Source: Staphylococcus phage VB_SavM_JYL01. From it: a stretch of 64,000 nt of DNA. This document shows, in pieces, positions 25,809 to 34,552 of the stretch (the first letter of the stretch is position 1; each line of letters begins with the position of its first letter). Both the position numbers and the translations under genes were made by a program. The notes beneath the pieces were generated by a model that saw only the letters and a program-made list of their open reading frames with translations, was not told the DNA's origin and ran no database searches. The stretch is taken from sequence record MH159197.1. One strand, 5' to 3'.

Positions 25809-26072
25809 ATGGCTACCATTTATGGTACAGTAGATATTGACAAAGATGGAGTAGTTAAAGGATTAACTAAGGAACAAGAAAAAGAGTTTGCAAATGTTCC
25901 AGGTTTTGAATTTGAAGAAGAAAAGAAAACTACTAGAAAACAATCAGCTTCTACTAGTAAAGAAGAAGAACCTAAAGAAGAGGAAAAGAAAGCCTCTACT
26001 AGAAAAACTACAAGTACTACTAGAAAATCTACAGCACGTAAAACAACAGCCAAAAAAGATGAAAATAAGTAA
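25809..26072 (+). CDS. small basic Lys/Thr-rich protein (start moved to the internal Met, MATIYG...)
   Basis: The track start at 25776 lies inside the promoter element, so the start was reassigned to 25809. Confidence 0.5.
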   Translation: MATIYGTVDIDKDGVVKGLTKEQEKEFANVPGFEFEEEKKTTRKQSASTSKEEEPKEEEKKASTRKTTSTTRKSTARKTTAKKDENK

Positions 26073-26084
26073 AGGGTGAATTAA

Positions 26085-26993
26085 ATGGTTAACTCAATGT
26101 TTGGAGGGGACTTAGACCCTTATGAAAAATCATTAAACTATGAATATCCTTATCATCCTAGTGGTAATCCTAAACATATAGACGTAAGTGAGATAGATAA
26201 CTTAACATTAGCTGATTATGGATGGTCACCTGATGCAGTTAAAGCTTATATGTTTGGTATTGTAGTACAAAACCCTGATACAGGACAGCCCATGGGTGAT
26301 GAGTTTTATAACCATATATTAGAAAGAGCAGTAGGTAAAGCTGAGAGAGCGCTAGATATTTCTATACTACCTGATACTCAACATGAGATGAGAGATTATC
26401 ATGAGACAGAGTTTAATAGTTATATGTTTGTACATGCTTACAGAAAACCTATATTACAGGTAGAGAACTTACAGCTACAATTTAATGGTAGACCTATATA
26501 TAAATACCCTGCTAACTGGTGGAAAGTAGAGCATTTAGCAGGTCATGTTCAATTGTTCCCTACAGCACTTATGCAAACAGGACAATCAATGTCATATGAT
26601 GCTGTATTCAATGGATACCCTCAATTAGCAGGTGTATACCCACCATCAGGAGCAACCTTTGCACCTCAAATGATACGACTAGAATACGTATCAGGTATGC
26701 TTCCACGTAAAAAAGCAGGTAGAAATAAACCTTGGGAGATGCCTCCTGAGTTAGAACAGCTAGTTATAAAATATGCATTGAAAGAAATATACCAAGTATG
26801 GGGTAACTTAATCATTGGTGCCGGTATTGCTAATAAAACATTAGAAGTAGACGGTATCACAGAAACAATAGGAACTACTCAATCAGCTATGTATGGTGGA
26901 GCTAGTGCTCAGATACTTCAAATAAATGAAGATATAAAAGAACTATTGGATGGTTTAAGAGCTTACTTTGGATATAATATGATAGGATTATAA
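26085..26993 (+). CDS. virion structural protein (head-tail joining region), function unassigned
   Basis: Position in the morphogenesis block. Confidence 0.55.
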   Translation: MVNSMFGGDLDPYEKSLNYEYPYHPSGNPKHIDVSEIDNLTLADYGWSPDAVKAYMFGIVVQNPDTGQPMGDEFYNHILERAVGKAERALDISILPDTQHEMRDYHETEFNSYMFVHAYRKPILQVENLQLQFNGRPIYKYPANWWKVEHLAGHVQLFPTALMQTGQSMSYDAVFNGYPQLAGVYPPSGATFAPQMIRLEYVSGMLPRKKAGRNKPWEMPPELEQLVIKYALKEIYQVWGNLIIGAGIANKTLEVDGITETIGTTQSAMYGGASAQILQINEDIKELLDGLRAYFGYNMIGL

Positions 26994-27006
26994 GGAGGGT
27001 TAGAAA

Positions 27007-27885
27007 ATGGAAAAACCGTATATGATAGGAGCCAACTCTAACCCTAATATTATTAATAAGTCAACAACATACACTACTACAACACAAGCAGATGAACAGG
27101 ATAAACCTAAGTATACTACTAGGCTAGAGTTTGATACTATTGATATGATTAGGTTTATTAATGATAGGGGTATAAAAGTACTATGGGAAGAAGCATATTT
27201 TTGTCCGTGTCTTAATCCTGACACAGGTCATCCTAGAGTAGATTGTCCTAGATGTCATGGTAAAGGTATTGCTTATTTACCTCCTAAAGAGACTATAATG
27301 GCAATACAGTCCCAAGAGAAAGGAACTAACCAATTAGATATAGGGATATTAGATACAGGTACTGCAATAGGTACAACTCAATTAGAAAAGAGAATATCCT
27401 ATAGAGATAGGTTTACTGTTCCTGAAGTATTAATGCCTCAACAAATGATTTATTTTGTAAATAAAGATAGAATTAAAAAAGGTATACCATTATACTACGA
27501 TGTAAAAGAAGTAACTTATATAGCCACTCAAGATGGTACAGTCTATGAAGAAGATTATGAAATTAAGAATAATAGATTGTATTTAAATGAAAAATATGAG
27601 AACCATACAGTAACTTTAAAGATACTTATGACTTTAAGATATGTAGTATCAGATATACTAAAGGAAAGTCGTTATCAATATACTAAATTTAATCAACCTA
27701 AATCAAAATTTGAAAACTTACCTCAAAAATTACTTCTTAAAAGGGAAGATGTTATTGTACTACAAGACCCTTATAAAGTTAATGATGGTATAGAAGAAGA
27801 CCTAGAAATTCAAGTAGATGACCCTAAAGCTTCCGCATCTAATCCTAGTAATTTAGGTGGATTCTTCGGAGGTGCATTTAAATAA
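27007..27885 (+). CDS. virion structural protein with CxC...CxxC metal-binding cluster
   Basis: CPCLNPDTGHPRVDCPRCHGKG. Confidence 0.55.
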   Translation: MEKPYMIGANSNPNIINKSTTYTTTTQADEQDKPKYTTRLEFDTIDMIRFINDRGIKVLWEEAYFCPCLNPDTGHPRVDCPRCHGKGIAYLPPKETIMAIQSQEKGTNQLDIGILDTGTAIGTTQLEKRISYRDRFTVPEVLMPQQMIYFVNKDRIKKGIPLYYDVKEVTYIATQDGTVYEEDYEIKNNRLYLNEKYENHTVTLKILMTLRYVVSDILKESRYQYTKFNQPKSKFENLPQKLLLKREDVIVLQDPYKVNDGIEEDLEIQVDDPKASASNPSNLGGFFGGAFK

Positions 27886-28505
27886 TGCCAGTTCACGGAA
27901 AGAGACCTAATTTATTTAAAAATAAAAACTATAAGCAGGTAGGTAAGAGAACCATTGATGGCATGCGTTCAGAAGTTCTTGACAAGCTACAAGCAACAGC
28001 ACAGCAAGTAGAGAATACTAGTATTAAACGTATGCCTACTTATCTACAAGTAACAGAGAAAAAGCTTGAAAAAGAAGGAGTAGTAGACCTTAAAAAAGCA
28101 TTTGCTCACTCATCTAAAAAGAAAACTAGTAAAGACGGAGGATGGTATTTAACTGTACCAATCCGCATTAAAACTAGTAGAATGAACAACAGTACTTATC
28201 AAGATATGAGGACTTTAAAAGTAGATAAAGGCACAGGTTCAGTTTCTAAGATAACTGATTATCTAGAAGGACGTAGAAAGAATGTAAGTCACCCGTCAAT
28301 GAAACCGGAACCTATGACTCATAACATGACTAAAGTTAAAAGAGGAAAGCAATCTTCTTACTTTATATTTAGAACTGTTTCTAGTAAATCACCTGCTAGT
28401 TCCTGGATACTTAATAGAGATAAAGTTAATGAGAATAATTTCTCTAAAACAACTCTAAAAACTGTTAAGCAACTAATGAACTGGAAGATGAAAAATTTAA
28501 ATTAA
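27885..28505 (+). CDS. virion structural protein (206 aa)
   Basis: Position; translational coupling (ATGA overlap). Confidence 0.5.
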   Translation: MPVHGKRPNLFKNKNYKQVGKRTIDGMRSEVLDKLQATAQQVENTSIKRMPTYLQVTEKKLEKEGVVDLKKAFAHSSKKKTSKDGGWYLTVPIRIKTSRMNNSTYQDMRTLKVDKGTGSVSKITDYLEGRRKNVSHPSMKPEPMTHNMTKVKRGKQSSYFIFRTVSSKSPASSWILNRDKVNENNFSKTTLKTVKQLMNWKMKNLN

Positions 28506-28523
28506 GAGGAGGGTTAGTATTAA

Positions 28524-29360
28524 ATGGCAATAACATCAGTTGATTCATATTTATTATCAGAAATAAAGCCTAGACTTAACACTGTGCTAGAGAATTGTTA
28601 TATTATAGATGAAGTTTTAAAAGACTTTGATTATCAAACTAGAGAGAGCTTTAAAGAAGCTTTCTGCGGTAAGAATGCACAACATGAAGTAACGGTAGGA
28701 TTTAACTTCCCAAAATTTAAAAATAACTATGAAGCTCATTACTTGATACAATTAGGTCAAGGACAAGAGACAAAAAACTCTTTAGGGAGTATTCAGTCAT
28801 CTTACTTTGAGGCAACAGGAGATACCTTAGTCGAATCTTCTACAGCAATAAGAGAAGATGATAAGTTAGTTTTTACTGTTTCTAAACCTATAGGAGAATT
28901 AATAAAAGTAGAAGATATAGAGTTTGCTAAATACGATAATCTTCAAGTTGAAGGTAATAAGGTATCATTTAAGTACCAAACAAATGAAGATTATGAGAAT
29001 TATAATGCTAATATTATCTTTACTGAAAAGAAAAACGACTCTAAAGGTTTAGTAAAAGGATTCACAGTTGAAGAACAAGTAACAGTTGTAGGTCTATCAT
29101 TTAATGTAGATGTTGCACGATGTTTAGATGCTGTATTAAAAATGATTTTAATATCTATGAGAGATAGTATAGAAGAGCAACAAACATTCCAATTACAGAA
29201 TTTGTCCTTTGGTGATATTGCACCAATAATAGAAGACGGTGACTCAATAATTTTTGGTAGACCGACAATTATTAAGTACACAAGTTCTCTAGACTTGGAT
29301 TATACTATTACACAAGATATTAATAAACTAACTTTTAAAGAAAGAAAGGATTGGAAGTAG
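28524..29360 (+). CDS. virion structural protein (278 aa)
   Basis: Position. Confidence 0.5.
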   Translation: MAITSVDSYLLSEIKPRLNTVLENCYIIDEVLKDFDYQTRESFKEAFCGKNAQHEVTVGFNFPKFKNNYEAHYLIQLGQGQETKNSLGSIQSSYFEATGDTLVESSTAIREDDKLVFTVSKPIGELIKVEDIEFAKYDNLQVEGNKVSFKYQTNEDYENYNANIIFTEKKNDSKGLVKGFTVEEQVTVVGLSFNVDVARCLDAVLKMILISMRDSIEEQQTFQLQNLSFGDIAPIIEDGDSIIFGRPTIIKYTSSLDLDYTITQDINKLTFKERKDWK

Positions 29361-29361
29361 G

Positions 29362-29577
29362 ATGGCTAGAAAAAAGACACCTGAAAATAACACTCCTAAA
29401 TTTAATGGTTATGTTCATATAGATACATTCCTTGATACTGCAAAAACCCTTTTTAACATGAGGGATTCACAAGTAGCAGGATTTAAAGCTTATATGGAAG
29501 GTAGTCATTATTTGTTTAGTGAGCAAGAATTCTTACCATCATTAGAGAAGTATTTAGGTAGGAAATTAGATATATAA
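29362..29577 (+). CDS. small protein (71 aa) upstream of tail sheath
   Basis: ORF track. Confidence 0.45.
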   Translation: MARKKTPENNTPKFNGYVHIDTFLDTAKTLFNMRDSQVAGFKAYMEGSHYLFSEQEFLPSLEKYLGRKLDI

Positions 29578-29603
29578 TAACATTCAGATAAGGAGAATTA
29601 AAT

Positions 29604-31367
29604 ATGGCAGTAGAACCATTCCCAAGAAGACCTATTACCCGTCCTCATGCATCTATTGAAGTAGATACTTCAGGTATCGGTGGCTCAGCAGGTTCAAGTG
29701 AAAAAGTATTTTGCTTAATCGGTCAGGCTGAAGGCGGAGAACCAAATACAGTTTATGAATTACGTAACTATGCACAAGCTAAACGTTTATTCCGTTCAGG
29801 AGAATTACTTGATGCAATTGAATTAGCATGGGGTTCTAACCCTAACTATACAGCAGGACGTATTTTAGCTATGCGTATAGAAGATGCTAAACCTGCAACA
29901 GCAGAAGTTGGCGGACTAAAAATTACATCTAAAATCTTCGGTAATGTTGCTAACAACATTCAAGTAGGATTGGAAAAGAACACATTAAGTGATTCATTAC
30001 GTTTAAGAGTAATATTCCAAGATGACCGTTTCAATGAGGTTTATGATAATATCGGTAATATCTTCACAATCAAGTATAAAGGAGAAGAAGCTAACGCAAC
30101 TTTTTCTGTAGAACATGATGAAGAAACTCAAAAAGCAAGTCGTTTAGTATTAAAAGTTGGAGACCAAGAAGTTAAGTCATATGATTTAACTGGCGGAGCT
30201 TATGACTATACTAATGCTATTATTACAGACATTAATCAATTACCTGATTTCGAAGCTAAATTATCACCTTTCGGAGATAAGAACTTAGAATCTAGTAAAT
30301 TAGATAAAATTGAAAATGCAGATATTAAAGACAAAGCTGTATATGTTAAAGCAGTTTTCGGTGACTTAGAAAAACAAACAGCATATAACGGTATTGTATC
30401 TTTCGAGCAACTTAATGCAGAAGGAGAAGTACCAAGTAATGTAGAGGTTGAAGCAGGAGAAGAATCAGCTACAGTAACTGCTACTTCACCTATTAAAACT
30501 ATTGAGCCGTTCGAATTAACTAAGTTAAAAGGCGGTACTAACGGTGAACCACCTGCTACATGGGCAGATAAATTAGATAAATTTGCACATGAAGGTGGAT
30601 ACTACATTGTTCCATTATCATCTAAACAATCAGTTCATGCAGAGGTAGCTTCTTTCGTTAAAGAACGTTCTGACGCAGGAGAACCAATGAGAGCTATTGT
30701 TGGTGGAGGATTCAATGAATCTAAAGAACAATTGTTCGGTAGACAAGCATCATTATCTAATCCACGTGTATCATTAGTAGCTAACTCAGGTACTTTTGTT
30801 ATGGATGATGGACGTAAAAACCATGTACCTGCTTATATGGTAGCTGTAGCTTTAGGTGGTCTTGCAAGTGGTTTAGAAATCGGTGAATCAATCACATTCA
30901 AACCATTACGTGTAAGTTCATTAGACCAAATCTATGAATCAATAGACTTAGATGAATTAAATGAAAATGGTATTATTAGTATAGAGTTTGTTCGTAACCG
31001 TACTAATACATTCTTCAGAATCGTTGATGACGTAACTACATTCAATGATAAATCAGACCCAGTTAAGGCTGAAATGGCTGTTGGGGAAGCTAATGACTTC
31101 TTAGTAAGTGAGCTTAAAGTTCAACTTGAAGACCAATTTATTGGTACTCGTACTATCAATACAAGTGCTTCAATTATTAAAGACTTTATCCAATCTTACT
31201 TGGGTCGTAAGAAACGTGATAATGAAATTCAAGACTTCCCTGCTGAAGACGTACAAGTTATTGTTGAAGGTAACGAAGCAAGAATTTCAATGACAGTTTA
31301 CCCAATCAGAAGCTTCAAGAAAATCTCTGTTAGCTTGGTTTACAAGCAACAGACATTACAAGCCTAA
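29604..31367 (+). CDS. tail sheath protein
   Basis: 587 aa, directly upstream of the tube gene. Contractile-tail sheath size and composition. Confidence 0.8.
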   Translation: MAVEPFPRRPITRPHASIEVDTSGIGGSAGSSEKVFCLIGQAEGGEPNTVYELRNYAQAKRLFRSGELLDAIELAWGSNPNYTAGRILAMRIEDAKPATAEVGGLKITSKIFGNVANNIQVGLEKNTLSDSLRLRVIFQDDRFNEVYDNIGNIFTIKYKGEEANATFSVEHDEETQKASRLVLKVGDQEVKSYDLTGGAYDYTNAIITDINQLPDFEAKLSPFGDKNLESSKLDKIENADIKDKAVYVKAVFGDLEKQTAYNGIVSFEQLNAEGEVPSNVEVEAGEESATVTATSPIKTIEPFELTKLKGGTNGEPPATWADKLDKFAHEGGYYIVPLSSKQSVHAEVASFVKERSDAGEPMRAIVGGGFNESKEQLFGRQASLSNPRVSLVANSGTFVMDDGRKNHVPAYMVAVALGGLASGLEIGESITFKPLRVSSLDQIYESIDLDELNENGIISIEFVRNRTNTFFRIVDDVTTFNDKSDPVKAEMAVGEANDFLVSELKVQLEDQFIGTRTINTSASIIKDFIQSYLGRKKRDNEIQDFPAEDVQVIVEGNEARISMTVYPIRSFKKISVSLVYKQQTLQA

Positions 31368-31439
31368 TCTAGGTGATGGAGTACCTGGATTAGGTACTCC
31401 TATTAATATAATTTGAATACTTTAGGAGAGTGAATACAG

Positions 31440-31868
31440 ATGGCATCAGAAGCTAAACAAACCGTCCATACTGGTAATACCGTCCTACTTATGATTAAAG
31501 GTAAACCGGTAGGAAGAGCACAATCAGCATCAGGTCAACGTGAATACGGTACAACTGGTGTATACGAAATCGGTTCTATCATGCCTCAAGAACACGTATA
31601 CTTACGTTATGAAGGTACAATTACAGTAGAACGTTTACGTATGAAAAAAGAAAACTTTGCAGATTTAGGATATGCTTCACTTGGTGAAGAAATTCTTAAG
31701 AAAGATATCATTGATATTTTAGTTGTAGATAACTTAACGAAACAAGTTATTATCTCATATCATGGTTGCTCTGCAAATAACTACAATGAAACTTGGCAGA
31801 CAAATGAAATTGTAACAGAAGAAATCGAGTTTAGTTACTTAACAGCAAGTGACAAAGCACGTACTTAA
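31440..31868 (+). CDS. tail tube protein
   Basis: 142 aa, immediately after the sheath. Confidence 0.75.
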   Translation: MASEAKQTVHTGNTVLLMIKGKPVGRAQSASGQREYGTTGVYEIGSIMPQEHVYLRYEGTITVERLRMKKENFADLGYASLGEEILKKDIIDILVVDNLTKQVIISYHGCSANNYNETWQTNEIVTEEIEFSYLTASDKART

Positions 31869-31874
31869 TATACT

Positions 31875-31903
31875 AGACCAACTAAAAAGTTGGTCTTTTT
31901 TTA
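31875..31903 (+). terminator. intrinsic terminator after the tube gene
   Basis: Hairpin agaccaac/gttggtct followed by a T7 run. Confidence 0.7.
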
Positions 31904-31932
31904 TTGACATTATAAAATTTATATGATATTAT
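31904..31932 (+). promoter_or_regulatory. sigma-A-type promoter TTGACA-17-TATTAT
   Basis: Seen in sequence, directly abutting the terminator. Confidence 0.5.
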
Positions 31933-31957
31933 AATAAACAGGTTAGGAGTAATGAGT

Positions 31958-32116
31958 ATGAATAATAGACAAGCTAAAATAAAAGGTTATAATCAATTTC
32001 ATTATTATGATTTTCCAACAACTAAAGGTAAGTTTAAAGATATAATGAAAAGAAAGTCTAGAACAGAACTTAAAAAAGATTTACAAAAAGAGAGGAAAGA
32101 TTATCTTGACAAATAA
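31958..32116 (+). CDS. basic mini-protein A (52 aa, MNNRQAKIKGYNQFHYYDF...KDYLDK)
   Basis: AGGAG SD 8 nt upstream. Not in the ORF track (<60 aa). Confidence 0.4.
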   Translation: MNNRQAKIKGYNQFHYYDFPTTKGKFKDIMKRKSRTELKKDLQKERKDYLDK

Positions 32117-32135
32117 GAGAAAAACAATAGGAAAA

Positions 32136-32246
32136 ATGAGTAATACGAGAGCAACATGGAATATCAACCCTGTAACTAAGGTTAAAAAAGATAAAACAAA
32201 ATATTCTAGAAAAAATAAGCATAAAGGTCTTGACAACTATAATTAA
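32136..32246 (+). CDS. basic mini-protein B (36 aa, MSNTRATWNINPVTKVKKDKTKYSRKNKHKGLDNYN)
   Basis: Weak RBS. Lys-rich like mini-protein A. Its 3' end carries the next TTGACA box. Confidence 0.3.
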   Translation: MSNTRATWNINPVTKVKKDKTKYSRKNKHKGLDNYN

Positions 32247-32258
32247 CTAAGGTATATT
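32230..32258 (+). promoter_or_regulatory. sigma-A-type promoter TTGACA-17-TATATT
   Basis: Seen in sequence. Confidence 0.45.
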
Positions 32259-32288
32259 ATTAGTATAACAAAAAAGGAGATGAATTAC

Positions 32289-32741
32289 ATGAGTACATTT
32301 TGGTCAAAAAGAAGAACAACAGGTAAGGACAGACAAGTAAAGAAACATTATACTCAAATGTCTTTACAAGAAAAGAAGAAGTGTGTTAATCTATTACAAG
32401 ATACAATTAATACGCATAAGTATTTAGAACTATCAAGTCATTGTAAAACTAAACTTAAAAATAAAATTAATTTTAGTAATCTAGTAAGATTTATTTTTAA
32501 GGATAGAAATGCACCATTTAATATTATTGAGTATAATATTACAGATTTTCATGGTAAAGAACAAAGAAGAATAATTTTTAAAAGCCCTACTATTGTAACT
32601 ATAGAAGGAGTAAGTAGTTATCAGTACTTAGTTATTAACTTAGAAGATGGTACAATAATAACTACATACTATAATGGTATTACAGATACACATAAAACAT
32701 TAGATTTAAAATATTATAATAAAAACTTGACAATTAAATAA
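32289..32741 (+). CDS. hypothetical basic protein (150 aa; start at the second ATG)
   Basis: AAGGAG SD is 9 nt before the ATG at 32289. The track ATG at 32280 has no usable spacing. Confidence 0.55.
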   Translation: MSTFWSKRRTTGKDRQVKKHYTQMSLQEKKKCVNLLQDTINTHKYLELSSHCKTKLKNKINFSNLVRFIFKDRNAPFNIIEYNITDFHGKEQRRIIFKSPTIVTIEGVSSYQYLVINLEDGTIITTYYNGITDTHKTLDLKYYNKNLTIK

Positions 32742-32753
32742 GGAGGAATTATA

Positions 32754-32948
32754 ATGGGATTAATATTTGTAAATAGTTATTTTATAATATCAAACATATT
32801 AATTATTGTGTTTAGTAAATTAAATAGTAAAAAAAAGGTAACAGAAAAAACTCTAGCTACAAGTAATCTTTTATTAACAATATCATATATTCAACTATTA
32901 GCATTTTTAATCATTAATGGTATTTACTACTCATTAAAATATATGTAA
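32754..32948 (+). CDS. two-TM hydrophobic peptide (64 aa) with Lys-rich loop (holin-like or type-I-toxin-like architecture)
   Basis: Strong AAGGAGG SD. TM1 spans res 3-21, then KLNSKKKVTEK, then TM2 spans res 36-56. Confidence 0.55.
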   Translation: MGLIFVNSYFIISNILIIVFSKLNSKKKVTEKTLATSNLLLTISYIQLLAFLIINGIYYSLKYM

Positions 32949-32956
32949 AAAAAGTA

Positions 32957-32985
32957 TTGACAGAATAAAAATAATAAACTATAAT
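32957..32985 (+). promoter_or_regulatory. perfect sigma-A consensus promoter TTGACA-17-TATAAT
   Basis: Seen in sequence. Confidence 0.6.
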
Positions 32986-33018
32986 ACAGATATAACAAAT
33001 TAAAGGAGAAGATATAAA

Positions 33019-33330
33019 ATGTCACAAGATAAATTAAGAGCAATTTACACAGAAATGAAAGTAGAATTACACAAATTTCCTAAAGAGGTAGATGTAACAA
33101 GTAAATCAACTGCAATTGCAATCAATCAGATTCTAGATAAATTTAAAACATTAACTGAACAAGCAGGGAAAATTACGAGAAAATATCTAGAAGGTCAAGA
33201 AATATTAACTATTGATTATGAGTATTATGATTCATTACAAGAATACTATATCTACCTACTTAGAAACAGTGAAAAGATTGAACAAAGTTTACAAGAAATC
33301 ACTAAGCGTACAGGTGAATATGTAAAGTAA
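33019..33330 (+). CDS. hypothetical helical protein (103 aa)
   Basis: AAAGGAGAAG SD. Confidence 0.55.
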   Translation: MSQDKLRAIYTEMKVELHKFPKEVDVTSKSTAIAINQILDKFKTLTEQAGKITRKYLEGQEILTIDYEYYDSLQEYYIYLLRNSEKIEQSLQEITKRTGEYVK

Positions 33331-33391
33331 TTTTGATTTAAAAACAAAATATGATATACTATGTTTAAAGTAGTAAGCCTACACTAGTCCG

Positions 33392-33401
33392 TGTTATATT
33401 A
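33392..33401 (+). promoter_or_regulatory. late-promoter motif TGTTATATTA for the tail-chaperone/tape-measure operon, inside the loop of an 8-bp inverted repeat (33375-33427)
   Basis: Exact 10-mer. Flanking repeat arms are aagcctac and gtaggctt. Confidence 0.55.
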
Positions 33402-33461
33402 ATATTGAATCGGATAAGCGTAGGCTTTATTAATATTTAAAAAAGGAAGGTATATCATATT

Positions 33462-33920
33462 ATGGCAGAAGAAATTAAAAAGGAACAAGATGTACAAGAA
33501 ACAACTAAAGAAGATAAAAAAGATGTTAGTAAAATGACACCGGAAGAAATAGATAAATTAAAATATCAAGATAAGCAAGAAAAAGAACAAGTAATTAACA
33601 AAGTTATTAAAGGTGTTAATGATACTTGGGAAAAAGAATATAACTTTGAAGAATTAGATTTAAGATTTAAAGTTAAAATTAAATTACCTAATGCACGAGA
33701 ACAAGGTAACATATTTGCGTTACGTTCTGCTTACTTAGGTGGTATGGATATGTATCAAACAGACCAAGTAATTAGAGCATACCAAATGTTAGCTACATTA
33801 CAAGAAGTAGGTATTGAAGTTCCTAAGGAATTCCAAGACCCTGATGATATCTATAACTTATATCCTTTAACTGTTATGTATGAAGATTGGTTAGGATTCT
33901 TAAACTCCTTTCGTTACTAA
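33462..33920 (+). CDS. tail assembly chaperone candidate (152 aa)
   Basis: First of two ORFs directly upstream of the tape-measure gene. Confidence 0.5.
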   Translation: MAEEIKKEQDVQETTKEDKKDVSKMTPEEIDKLKYQDKQEKEQVINKVIKGVNDTWEKEYNFEELDLRFKVKIKLPNAREQGNIFALRSAYLGGMDMYQTDQVIRAYQMLATLQEVGIEVPKEFQDPDDIYNLYPLTVMYEDWLGFLNSFRY

Positions 33921-33954
33921 TAGTATAGAAACATTAGATAAAGATATAGAACGA

Positions 33955-34500
33955 TTGGGTGGTATGGAATCAATTGTTAAACAACCTTTATCTAGAAATC
34001 TATGGGCTATTATGAAAGAGTTTAATGTTTTGCCTACTGAGCAAAGATTTAAGGATTTAGACGATTATCAAATAGAGTTTATTATTGGTAATATGAATAG
34101 AGATGTTTATGAACATAATAAACAACTTAAACAAGCTCAAAAAGGTGGAAAATTCGATAGTCAATTTGAAGATGACGATAGTAGTTGGTGGAATGAATCT
34201 CATGAAGACTTTGACCCGGTACCTGATTTCTTAGATGCCGATGACTTAGCACAACAGATGGAAGCTAAATTATCTGATAGAGATAAGGAAGAAAGAGCTA
34301 AGAGAAATGATGCAGAGTTAAATGATGAAACAGAAGGACTCACTACACAACATCTTGCTATGATGGAATACATTAGAAGAAAACAAGAAGAATTAGATGA
34401 TGAAGTAGGAAATGGTAAAACTAGTGAAGATGATGCTACTATAACACAAGAGAGCGTTAATAAAGCACTAGAAGACCTAGATGATGACTGGTATATGTAA
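33955..34500 (+). CDS. tail assembly chaperone candidate (181 aa, acidic C-terminus)
   Basis: Second of two ORFs directly upstream of the tape-measure gene. Confidence 0.5.
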   Translation: MGGMESIVKQPLSRNLWAIMKEFNVLPTEQRFKDLDDYQIEFIIGNMNRDVYEHNKQLKQAQKGGKFDSQFEDDDSSWWNESHEDFDPVPDFLDADDLAQQMEAKLSDRDKEERAKRNDAELNDETEGLTTQHLAMMEYIRRKQEELDDEVGNGKTSEDDATITQESVNKALEDLDDDWYM

Positions 34501-34501
34501 A

Positions 34502-34537
34502 GGGTGGTAGGTGATACTACCATCCTTATTTTTTTAA
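34502..34537 (+). terminator. hairpin plus T-run between the chaperone and tape-measure genes
   Basis: ggtggtag/ctaccatcc stem with one G-U pair, then ttatttttttaaaa. Confidence 0.5.
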
Positions 34538-34552
34538 AATGGATGGTGAATA

